DNA of 64,000 nt, from assembly GCA_043228905.1 (NCBI GenBank), contig JBHGNT010000003.1:18166001-18230000 (forward strand), in the 5' to 3' direction. The notes beneath the pieces are model-generated. The model was not told where the DNA came from, did no database searches, and was given only the letters and a program-made list of their open reading frames with translations. A program made the position numbers and the translations under genes. How positions within the stretch are numbered: position 1 is the stretch's first letter; each line of letters opens with the position of its first letter. Positions 9,800 through 22,100 of the stretch are shown one piece after another. Source of the stretch: Azolla caroliniana (taxonomy: Eukaryota > Plantae > Polypodiophyta).

Positions 9800-12700
9800 A
9801 ACTCCCCCTTCACTCTTGTGGGTGGAGTCAGTTATTCCTGTCCTCTGTCAACAGAATCTGAGTTTGTGCATCAGTAGGTTTTTCGTGAGCATGTTGGATC
9901 CATTGTCATCAATATGGATCTTCACAAGGGTAAAATCTCCTTCCACCACTTTCTCCCGCAATCCGTGATACCTTCTCTATATGTGCTTGGTCTGGGAGTG
10001 GTACGCATCATTCTTAGCTAGATGTATGGAACTCTGGCGATCACAATGAAGGAAGAACTCCCTTTGCTCCATTGCCAACTCATTGAGAAAATTTCTCATC
10101 CAAATGAGCTCTTTGTCTGCCTCTACCACTGCCATATACTTTACCTCTGTGGTTGACCAGGCCACCGACTTCTACAGTTGTGATTGCAACGACACTGCTC
10201 CCCCTGCATATGTCATCACGTGCCTTGAAGTGGATCGACTTGAGTCTACATATCCCGACATGTCCGAGTCGAGCGTAGGTTTTCTGACACCATACCTAAG
10301 ACACACCCTCGAGGTGCCTTTCAAGTACCTGAGTATCCACTTTGTTGCTGCCTAGTGTTCTTGTCCTAGATTACTCATGTATCGACTTACTGCTCCCACA
10401 ACAAATGTTATGTCTGGTTTCGTATAGACCATAGCGCACATCAAGCTGTCGAGGACCGAGGCATACGTACTTTCCTCATCTCAGCCTTTTCTCTCTCCCC
10501 TCTCGAGCATTGCTTAGCATTCATCTTGCAATTTGTCAGCAATAGAAAGCTGACCGGCTTCGCTTCTGACATGTTGAATCTCCCCAAGATCTTTGTCACA
10601 TACTTCTCTTGTCATAACCACATCAAGCTGCCGAGGACTGAGGCATACGTACTTTCCTCATCTCAGCCTTTTCTCTCTCCCCTCTCAAGCATTGCTTAGC
10701 ATTCATCTTGCAATTTGTCAGCAACAGAAAGCTGACCAGCTTCGCTTCTAACATGTTGAATCTCCCCAAGATCTTTGTCACATACTTCTCTTGTGATAAC
10801 CACAACACTTTCTTAGTTCTATCCCAAACTATGTGCATCCCCAAAATCTATTTGGCTGGTCCACGATCTTTCATGGCAAATGATTGGCCTAGTGCTTTCT
10901 TGAAGCTCACGATCTTCTTTGTGTCTTGTTCGGCTATCAACATGTCATCCACATATAATAAGAGAATCAAGAAGCTGCCTTCATCGTACCTTTTGACGAA
11001 TACTTAGTGGTCTGCCTATGTTTTGTGGAACCCATGTTCCATCAAGAACGATTTGAACTTCTTGTACCATTGGAATGGAGCTTGTTTCAATCCATACAAG
11101 CTTTTCTTCAGTCGACACACCAGGTTCTCTTCACCTTTTTCCTCAAAGCCTTCGGGCTGCTGCATGTAGATTTCTTCATCCAGCTCCCCATGCAAGAGTG
11201 TTCTTTTGACATCCAACTGTTCAATCTCTAGATCCAGGCTAGCAGCTATGCTCATAACAGTTCTGATTGATGTCATCTTTACGACTGATGCGAATATTTT
11301 GTCAAAGTTGACACCCTTTTTCTGTTGAAACCCCAACACCACAATGCGGACTTTATACCTTGGTGTGCTATCGACTTCTTCAGTCTTCACCTAGTAGACC
11401 CACTTATTTCTTAGTGTTTTCTTACCTTTTGGTAGCTCCACCAGGTCGTAGGTGTAATTTTCGTGCAAGGAGTCCATCTCGTCTTGCATTGCACTCAACC
11501 ATTTTTTTTGTGCTCATTGGCTATGGCTTCTTCATAGCACTCAAGATCACCTTCATTAGTCAAGAGGATGTATTGACTGGCATATGTAATCGGTGCGCCT
11601 CTTTCTCTAAGTGGGTATCTTCTTCCACCCATTGTGGGCTCTAGTCTGGATGTCTCTGTCAACTCTTCTCTTGACATGGGTTCATATGTGTTGATCGGTT
11701 GTTGAGGGTTCGCCGATCCCAATTGGTAGTCCTTGATCGGCTTCAATAGGTCCGCCAACTCCGACTCATCTGTATTTTTCGGTTGTTTCGAGTTGATAGA
11801 CTCGGATTCAGTTGTGCCGACTGGCTGTCTCCGAACAACCCACTATGTCAATTCACTTGGTCTTAAGTCAATAGTAGTGGGAGTCGACTGGGAAGTCAAT
11901 CCCGACTTTTGTTGCTTCCAATGCTCCATCATCTTGTCTTCCAAGAAGAGTACGTCCTGACTCCTCACTACTTTCTTATCGACTAAGTTCCACAGCCTGT
12001 AGCTGAACTCGTCCTCCAAGTATCCCATGAATATGCATGGTTTCAACTTACTGTCAAGCTTCGACCTTTCATCCTTAGCCACATGCATATGCACCAGGCA
12101 TCTGAACACCCTCAGGTGTCGGTATGAGTCTTCTTTTCTTGTCCACACCCTGTGGGACATCACCTTTCAATGGCACTGAGGGAGACCTATTGATCAAATC
12201 GACAACTATATACATCGCCTCAGCCCAATATGATTTCGGCAACTTAGCATGCGAGAGCATGCTCCTTACTCTCTCCGTGATTGTTCGATTCATCCTCTCT
12301 ACAAGCATGTTCAACTTAGGGGTCTTCGACACTATGTATTCAATTTGAATACCTTAGGCCTTGCAGTATTCTTCGAACTGCCCTCTATATTCGCCACCGT
12401 TGTCAATTCAGACAACCTTCAACTTCCAACCCGACTCTCTTTCGGCTCTAGTATGGAATTCCTTGAAGTATGAAAACCCGCAACTTTCTATTGTAGTCAT
12501 CAATGAACGTCACGAACTACTGTTCACCTTGACACGATGGAGCATCTACATAGCACACATCCATGTATACCAATTCCAATGGCACTTCTCTTCTTTTTGA
12601 TGGTCTTGAGTGGAATGTTGTCATGTTCTACTTTCCGACTAAGCAATCGACACACTTCTCCAAGTGCACTCCTTTCACTTCTGGGAGAAGTTCTTGGTTG

Positions 12701-13620
12701 GCCGGGATATGTATTCACTTCTCACTCATGTGGCCTAGTCTCTTATGCCATAACTCTCCACTCGAGTCGGCTGCCACATTTGCTTCCGACTTGCATAGTC
12801 GGGCATGCATCATATACAGTGTGCCCTCATTCTATGCCTGGGCCACTATGAGGTTTCCTTGGCAAAACTTCCACTTGTTGTTTCGGAAGCTACCACTATA
12901 GCCTTCGTCATCCAACCTTCTAGTCAATTAAGATTAAATCTGATATCAGGGACATGTCGAACTTTTGTCAGAGTCAGTGGACAACCTGTTGACGTTGTCA
13001 GGCATACACTTCCTATGCCAGCTGTCTTGCATTCCCCACTGTCTCCCGTCTTTACATAGTCATGATTACCGACTGCATAAATCAAGAAACACTCTCTCGA
13101 CAGAGTCATGTGGAAAGATGCACCCGAGTCGATTACCTAAGTACACTCTTCACTTGCAAGATTTGTGCTTGCATGCTCACAAATGAACAAGATCTCCTCT
13201 AAACTCGTAGCTACGGTTGATGTGCCCTTTTCATCAGGAATCTTCCTAGGTTCGACATTATTACCGACACCTTTGTCCTTCTTGAGGTGTCGACAGTCCT
13301 TCTAGAAGTTTCCAGGCTTTCCATAGTAAAAACATGTCAATTTTCCTCTGGACTTGGACTTGGCTTGGGACTTGTCCCTTCTTTGTGGACTTCTTTGCCG
13401 GTTTCTTCCTCTGCTGGTATGTTGAGTCAAGTTTGACATTGACTGGGACAGGACGCCTTTGTCCTTCCTTCTTGTCTCCTCGTTCAAGATGCTTGTCTTT
13501 ACCGCTTGAAGAGACAAGTTCTCTTCTTGACATGAGGTGTTGAGAGTCACCACCAGATTCTCCCAGTTGTCTAGTAGGGTCCATAATAGTAGGATGACCT
13601 GCATTGCATCCTCAAGGGGA
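9800..13620 (-). mobile_element. Degenerate Ty1/Copia (Tnt1-like) gag-pol, 5' end deleted
   Basis: gag C-terminal part, PR IDSGASFHMT, IN (ERMNRTITERVRSML, YWAEA), RT (QLDVK..LHG, LKKSLYGLKQAP), RH (STTEVKY, TKHI). Confidence 0.92.
10439..10802. repeat. 182-bp tandem duplication inside Copia RT
   Basis: 10439-10620 and 10621-10802 nearly identical; CACA microhomology at the junction. Confidence 0.9.
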
Positions 13621-16104
13621 AACTTGCCTAGTGTGGCTTCATATAATGGCTATTGGCGAATTCTTCCTCCACTGCCATTTCGTCAATTAGCGTCGCTTTT
13701 ACCTCTATTGGTTTCTCTGTTTCTTACTCAATCGAGAACTGCTTCCTTTTCACCAGGTCAAGGATCGTGTCGTGGAACTCCTTGGCAATACCCAGTACTT
13801 CTTGTAGCATGAGTTCCACCTGACTTTCGAGGATTCGCTCCTCTAAGACCTTCCGTAGGTCTGTCGTCTTCTCTATCTCTGAGCTCAATCGGAAGCTCGA
13901 AAATTTCTCTTTCGTCTTCTCCTGGGCATTGTCACCTTCACTTCTTTTTGGCCCGCTTCTGGTGTCGTACCTACATGAGGGGCCTACCCCTCCGGCCTTC
14001 TCAACCTATTTGTCTTCGACCAGAAATTCGTAGTTCTGGCATGCCGCTTCCACGAAGCCGGTCTTCTCCTCCACCGAATTGCTCCAACCAGTGACTTCTC
14101 GGACTTGCCTCTCCGCACAGTTCTCCTCCTCCTTCTTCAACTTCTTCCTGGAAAAGCCTTCAAGTATAACCGACCAAAATCCGATGTCGTTTCTGGAGCC
14201 AATGCTCTTTTCTCCTCCTACCCAGATACCTACCTACGCCAAGTAGTGAATCGCTTCGATGTGTCGTGTCGTTGCTCCTCCATCAACCTCTTCATGCCGC
14301 CTCGTCCAACGTTCATCTTGAGGGGCCTTCATGTCTCACTTGCGTGTAGTGTACTCGGCCATTCCAGAGACATGTTGTTCCTTAGAGCCTCGGCAAACTC
14401 AACACAATCTCTCTGAATGTGGCCGACACCGTCGCACCACATACACCTAAGGTCATTGGGTGGGCATCGGTCACGCGATTGGCCCTCGCCATTCCTCCGA
14501 GCCTGAGCGATATGAAGATCACGCACCATCTTCGTAAGCTCCTCGTGTCGTGCCCAGATGGTCCCTCAACCACATTGGTTGGAACCGAGCTTGACTCGAG
14601 CCGTCTTCTCGTCTCGTCTGACTGAGTCGGCACTTCCCTAGTTATCCCTCTAGTAGTCGGGCCGGTCAACGACGACACCTCGCTATTCCATTCCCGCTGC
14701 TTGTCAAAATGGCTACAAACTCTTTTCACCACGACCCAATCCGCGTGAACCCTTCATCCATCACTAAGAGGAGACCAACCTTCTCGCGATCGCATGGGTC
14801 GACCGATTCTATAAATAATAGGACCTTGCTCGTATCGAGCATGGTCCGGTCCAACGCCGATAGTCGCACAAATCACTTCTCGAACTCCAAGGGAAGCGCC
14901 AATGTGTTCCTTCCTTTCTCAAGGAGCTCAACCCATTTCATGAGCTCCCTTTTCAACATCTGGAGTGAGTCATCCAATCCATACTTTTCGAGGAGCCGCA
15001 CCTTGAACTTTGACAAGTTACGACAGTCGGCTTGTACCTCAAGCACCTCAATATGGATGCTTGGTGTAACCACTTGGGCAAACTCGGACAACCGCCTATC
15101 CTCTGGAATACCCCGCATTAGCATCTCAGCCTTGTAGGACTCCAAATAGTTCGACACGTCCTTTCCATTGAATCGGCCCACTATACCGACTATCGCCTCG
15201 ATGGCTCTATCGAGGTGAGCTCTCTCGAGTGTTCACAAGGCGATCTACAGCGGCCGTCAGTGCTTCTACTAGCCCGCCTCCCCTCATTTTGAAACTCCCT
15301 TGATGTCCTTTCACGTCGAGTTCACCAAAGATGTTGCGGATGTCCGCGTGTACATGTCGGATCGGGCGGGACCACCGGGCCCTTCAACTAAGGAGTTGGA
15401 GAGAGAGAGGAACCACAAAGCTTACAATCACTATCCCGTTCAACTACCGGATATCTTAATAGAGCACACGCGATCACAAACTCAAGTAGAAATGCGCAGA
15501 ACACGGGAGGGGAGAAGCAACACCAAGCAACACCTCTTTGCACACAGAGAACAAAGAGAGGAATGACGACACAACACACAGAGAGAGCAAATACAACAAA
15601 CCCTAAACAACCGGCCTCTGGCCGGAGGTAGACCTTCGAGTTCCGCACAAACACGCACGCACGCACATAGACTAGTGAGCCTTTGGTCGGGAGCACATGA
15701 GCTTCCTACGTGAGCAGAGGCCTCACCCTACCTATCTGAATTACATAATAGAAAGCCTGAATAGTAGACAATGCAAACCAGCAATGTCTTCTCCTCCCAA
15801 CGATGGATCCCCCTCTCAGTCTCCGTCCTCTCCTTTTATAGCACAAGAAGAGGCCATTGCATCAATACTAAAGACGACCGTTTCTATTAGCGATTCCCCC
15901 CTGATTTTCTGTATTCACACATTTTTTATTCCCCTCCTTTCGAGGGATGATAAAGTACCTATTAAACACTCCCAATCTTGTACTTATTAGTCTTCGGTTA
16001 TTTACAATAATTTATACAAGATCCTTTTTTATGTGCATTCGTGCACACCCTTGTTCACACGCGATCAACGAGTTTTCCCCTTATGGCCAGAATCCTCCAC
16101 GACA
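13621..16104 (-). mobile_element. Gypsy-like LTR retrotransposon 5' half (LTR 15332-16104, tRNA-Trp PBS 15310-15327, degenerate gag)
   Basis: LTR termini TGTCGTGG...CCGCAACA; PBS TGGTGAACTCGACGTGAA; gag GRFNGKDVSNYL...; zinc knuckle CMWCDGVGHIQRDC. Homologous to 61203-61843. Confidence 0.85.
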
Positions 16105-18419
16105 ACGTGTGATCTACACCATTCGATTTGGATAAGAAAGAACGCACGAAAAAAAGTTGTCTGAGGTCACTTGGCTCTGACACATCGGTCACCCAACCAC
16201 ATTTGGTCGCCCAACTTTGATCGTTGCAGCTCGCCCAACCAAATGTATCATTTCCACCAAAATCTTCTAATAAGTCTGAACTTGACACTTAAAACTTACT
16301 TAAAATAGCAAATCAAACATCCACAAATTAAACCATTAAAACTTCCAAAATCGACAAACTTCACCATACTTAAAACTTAGTCTTAACAACAAAAAATCAT
16401 CTTAAAACATAAAATATAAAAGTTCAAAAAATACACACACTTAGACCTAACACCCAAAATTCAACTTAAAACATAAAACATAAAACTTAAAACATACTTG
16501 ATTCGTAAACCCAATTACAAAGGTCCGCAAAACAAAACAAATCTGGTCAATTGAAATTGACTAAACTAAACATCCTAAACTAAACTTCCAGTGTGTGCCA
16601 CTCAAGCCATGTTTATGGCTCATCTGGGGATGATGGCAAGATGCGGCCACAATTCTTGCAACAATCAACATTCGAGTCCCTTGATCTATAGGTCAAGGCA
16701 TCATAATGCAGGCATCGAATCTTCTTTGTCGCACATATTAGCAACCGCCTCCTAGCTTGACTTGCACCTCTTTGCATTTTTCCGGTGTGTGTTTTGGAAG
16801 TGTTTGGGAAGTTGCCAATAAAATCTTGTGAAATGTCAATTGATGCTTCTCTCTTCACACCATATTGGCAACCGCCTCCTAGCTCGACTTGCACCTTTTG
16901 CATTTTTCTGGTGTGTGTTTTGGAAGTGTTTGAGGAGTTGCCAATAAGATCTTGTGAAATGTCGATTGATGCTTCTCTCTTCGCACCAATTGCTTGCTTC
17001 TGCCTTGTGGATCCGTCTTCTTCATTGGTTGGTTTCAGTGCACCAACGTGATACACCATTGTTTGACTCGTTTCTGAAATGGAAGCCATACATGCCAAAA
17101 TGTTTGCATGGTCGAGGGATCGTAACCCTTGTATGAGGCATTGAATAGCTGCCTCAATTGTTTGTAATTATGACTCCCATTCCTCCATATCTGATGTTAT
17201 AGGGTTTGTATCCTTGATTGGTTCTACCTCTGTCTCCACTTCTATTTCTGTGAAATGGTCATTGAGCATATGGGGCACGTGATCTACAAAAGGCAACGAC
17301 CCACATAGATGTGGCATGTGCCTCTTAATAATCATCTGGATGCCGAGTATTTGCTTACATTTACTCGTAGGGTCTTGGCAATCACAATATGAGTACTGGA
17401 GCGATACATTATACTATAGAGTGGGAGTTGTCAAGCTCAATATTTTTAACCAATATGGGGGCTTGTCCACAATATGCATTGTCACAATATTAGTTTCATA
17501 CCTCTCTAGTATCCTCTCGGCCTCTTTAAGTCTTGACCTTTGATCCCTACAATTTGCACAGGGTGCAAATTTACCACTCTCACATATTTCTTGTCGTTGC
17601 TTGTACCATTCAATAACGGTCCCTTCGATGCAAGTGCCAGTTTCACTGTCCCCGATTAAAACATGCACAATCTCGGTAATTGATTGGTTTATTCTTCCTC
17701 TCAAGGTAGTATATTTGATAAATTGCCAATGTCTCTCCATAAGCAAAACCCTAAACATTTCCCAAACCCTAAACCCTTGACATGAAAAATATGATTTACA
17801 CCAAAAAAATTAATCATAAATAAACCAAAACCCTAAATAATCAATAATCAAGCAAAACCCTAAACATTTTTCGAAATCAAGTGATCAAGCAAAACCCTAA
17901 ACATTTTCCCGAACCCTAAACCCTCGACATGAAAAATATCATCTACGCTCAAAACAATTTGCAGAAAATGTAGAAACAAGTAAAATACATACTTGGGAAA
18001 TAAATGGGTGGCGATGGCAAATATGGCAAATGGACGTAGTCGACGATTGGCTGGCTAAAAAACCTTGACAATCTCATTTGAAAAAATGTGAAAAAATGAC
18101 TGGTTTCAAGGTTTTATACACGTCAGTTGGGCGACCAAACTTTGTTGGGGATACATGTGGTTGGGCGACCACAACACTTAATGGGTAGGGCGACCACACG
18201 TCGGTTGGGTGATCACAATTAAACTAGGTTGGGTGACCACAATAGGTGGGTGGTGGTTGGATGACTACTGACAGGGTTAGGCGACCGAGGACTTTGAGTT
18301 GGGCGACCTCTGATAGCTTTTTTTATTGCGCGTTTTTTTTTAATCCAAATCAGACGGTGCAGATCACACGTGCAGTCAGCAGCTGAGCGACCTGCACCAT
18401 CCGTGGCCGCGATTCCCTC
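16105..18419 (-). mobile_element. Mutator-like (MULE) remnant with TIRs and SWIM zinc-finger fragment
   Basis: 16105-16170 matches the reverse complement of 18303-18371 (ACGTGTGATCT.CACC..GATTTGGAT...GAGGTC). Subterminal GTTGGGCGACCA repeats at both ends. Minus strand YCDCQDPTSKCKQILG at ~17345-17392. Internal ~127-bp tandem duplication 16741-16988. Confidence 0.75.
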
Positions 18420-18469
18420 GCCGAGCCTATTTATGATTTGGAAGCTAATAGACACGTCATGTGTCTAGA

Positions 18470-18965
18470 TACATACACGCATACATGTATGTATGTATGT
18501 CTATACATACATACATACATACATACATACATTATCTCTCCATCTCTTTATATGTATCTATCTTTTAACTGAAACGAACGGAGAGATGTTTGGTTTGTTT
18601 TGGGTGGGTGGGGGGGGGGGGCTGGGTTTGAAACTGCTGCTTTTCTTCTCTTTTTCCATACCATGCAAATTCATACATACATAATTGATATAATGATATG
18701 ATATATATCAATTATGTATGTATGTGTTCCATCATGGTTCCGCCACGCCATAGCTTCTCCTCCTCCTCCTTCTCGATTCTTGATTCTTGATTCTTCCTTC
18801 TTCATTCGTCTTCTTCTGTTTAATCTCCATACCTCCTTCCTTCTCTTTCTCTTTCTCCTTCTCCTTCTACGTCTGCTTTTAACTCTCTCTCTCTCTCGTT
18901 CATCTTCTGGTTTAATTAATGCTTTTCGGCACATTCTTCTTCTTCTTCTTCTTCTGCAGCAGCAG
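18470..18965. repeat. Microsatellite-rich promoter/5'UTR of SAMHD1 gene: (TACA)n, (CT)n, (CTT)n
   Basis: Directly visible simple repeats upstream of ATG 19106. Confidence 0.8.
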
Positions 18966-19105
18966 CGCCTTTTCTCTTCTTTCCTAAGGAGATTGATCTC
19001 CACATGCTGAGCATTCTTCGTCCTCGTCATCATCATCATCATCAACATCTTTGGTAGAAGACACGACACACACGGCGTCTTCTGTTTCCCTGAAGCTCCC
19101 TGGAC

Positions 19106-22100
19106 ATGGGAGCTTTATGCGAAGAAGCTCTTCCTTTGTCCCAGCTAGTCTATCCTGACAGACTAAGCTCCAAAGTGATATTCGACAATGTCCATAGCAA
19201 CATCTATGTTGATTCGGTAATTCCTCCTCCTAATTTGATTGTCATCATCATTGCAAGCTCAAAAATTTCTGTAAAAGGTAGTTCACTAGGATTTAATCTG
19301 GTCTTGTTCTGGTGTATAATATCACATATGTCGTCTTTTTAATGGTCAATAACAACATCTACTGTGCTCGAATTTTATCCTATTCTATTGCAAGCTCGCA
19401 ATCTCTGTAAAAGATGGACCATAACGAATCTATCTAATCAACGTTTCTCACGATATCGTTAGTTTTTCTTGTGTCAATTTAGTATTCTCGATTTCTTACT
19501 TCTTCCTATTGAAATTTCTATTTTTTATGGCACACTCCGTTCTCTTCTGTATATGGTTGTTGGAAGTTACACATGACTCTGGTCTGATTCTAGTCGGATC
19601 ATGACAGATTCTGTCATTTTTGCTCGTACATATCAAAATCTATAGCCTGATTCATTTCATCTATCTCCATCCTTGTTCTTCCATTTTTCTGCTGAAACAT
19701 CATAAAATTTGGTCTGATTCTGGCTATTTATGGCAATTTATTACCTTTTTTCTGTGGATCATCCTTTACTCGATCCATAGCAATAACTACATTGACTCGG
19801 TTCATCTATTCATTCTTCTTCTAGTTGCCAAGTTCTAAAATTGTTCCAAAAGATCAAAGAATCTGATGTGGTTTTGGTTTATAATGACATATTTCACTAT
19901 CTTGCATGTCCTTTTCCTGAGCAATTATAGAATCTACCATGGTTCTATTTTTTAATGGCCAATGTATCAGGTGACAGATTTTGCTGTGAAATCATAGGAT
20001 TAGGCGTTTCTGATTTATCATGGTACATTCTGTCTGTGGATTGTTTTATCACTGATTATGTTTTAAAATTTCATACAAAATTGAGCTTCATTATTCGTTT
20101 CTTGGAAGTAATCATTTCTACATTTACTTCTGTCTCCATTAAGCTTCAGCTCTTCTTTGTGAGAAGTAAAATCTCTTCCATATTCCATCATGACTTAAAA
20201 GAGCTAGAACCATGTCCCACTAGAGTTCGTGGCATTTTCGAATTAAAACCATACCTGCTCCTAAACTCTGATCTCGTATCTTAGAAGTAGGTTATAAAAG
20301 AGGAAATTTGATATAAATTCAAAGTTCTGCCTTTTTCTTACAAAACACTAAATGCTCATAAAATCCTTAATATCACAAAAATCCACGTTTCAAGACAATC
20401 TAATAGCATCAGAGAGGATACAAACCATAACAAATGTAAATGAACATGGAAGTTGTAAAGTTGGAGCATAAAGCTACTGAATTGTAATGGGAATGGGGCT
20501 CTTAACTACCTGAAAGTATGGAAGCATTGAGTTGGCCTTGTGTTTGGTTTTTGTTGGGAAGTAGTATGACTCTATGTCCACAGGAGCTTCCTTCCTGAAC
20601 ACATGCTGATCAAAGTAATATTGTATGATCTTTGAGCATGTAGTTTTAGGCTTTGTTATTGATGTTGTTTTGTTATTAAATTGTATGCAGATGAGCCTGA
20701 AATTTATTGATACAGAAGAGTTTCAAAGGTACGCAGTTTTCTTGTTCTTTTCTACTTTCCTAGCAGTATTTATATCAGTTTAACATGTTCCAGAAAATAT
20801 GTAATGGTTTGTGTACTATGTCTTTTCTATTGAATTCTACTGCAGAGATACTCACATATGATATCTGTCTTTCTGCTTTAATTTGAAACCCTTGCTTTCT
20901 ATGCCTGGTGCAGCCTTGAGAGGAAATGTAGTGCTGATAGTTGGCCACGGACATTGTAATTTTGTACCTTTGACTGTATTATACTCAGATACAATACCCG
21001 TTCCCAAGAAAAGGGCGAGAGGCACAGGCAGAGGCAGAGTCCGAGATCGAGAGAGTAAGAGGGATCAGTTCTAGAAATGCTTAGCCATCAAGGAAATCAA
21101 GATGTAACATATCATTGCCATGATAAGGTGGTTGAGTGGACGTTGTGGGAACATGCTCGGTGGATTCTCAAAGAAGCAGACCAGCTGGATGGTTACAATC
21201 CTAACTAGAGCTTCATTTCAGCATGGCACTGGGAATCACTCAGATACTTTGACTATTCTTATATGGAACCTTTGTCCATCCATTTTGAAACCTTTGGATG
21301 GCTTGTTAGCTTCATATGCTGGATGTAACTAGGACAGAGCCAAGTGTCGAAAAAAGGAAATGTGTCGTTCCCATGTATATAATGAAGTTCAAGTTCCCCA
21401 ATCTAGTTGAAAGGAGGATCATACTCAGTCAGGATGTGGAATTTGAGGAATGACGTTTCTGGGGAGGAGTGATGAGAGCTATACACAAAGAAGATCCAAA
21501 TTCAATTGGAAGAATCTGATCAGCACCAGTGCTATCTCATCCATGCACTTTGGTTCCATAGATGGAGAAGACACTTCCAAAGTGAAGGACACTTCTGGAT
21601 GGTAGGGACCTGCTGATGAGCAACATTAAATGGGAGGGCCAAGAAGATCCATGAACATAGAGGAGCAGTGGCAATCTCTAAAACAAATCATCCATATGGT
21701 CATTCTTGGAAAAGCAAAAGAACCGACCACACTGGCTGAAGCATCTATAGATTCCAAGTGGAAGTTGACCATAGATGCAAAAACTATCTTAGTTGCATGA
21801 AATGGCCAGAACATTTCCCATTGTCGAAATGGGAAACAATGTATCAAAATTTTCAATTCTATTGACATTGCATTCTGGCTTTCCCTTCTGCATTGATGGC
21901 TGAAAGTATCCAGCAATGTGATCCACTTGAAGATTGCAACATGGGTTGGTATCTGGAGCATTTGAGGACACATTTAGACCCATCAAAGACAAAGTAGGAT
22001 AGTTCAGAAGGCAAAAAGATATGGATGAAAGAGTTCTCGCAGACAGGAGCTTGGGACTGTAAATATGGATTAGGAGATGTAGCAATGCAATTCCGAGATG

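Noticed and set aside
18671-19069. 132-aa Arg-rich minus ORF
   Set aside because: Translation of CT/CTT microsatellites in the SAMHD1 leader.
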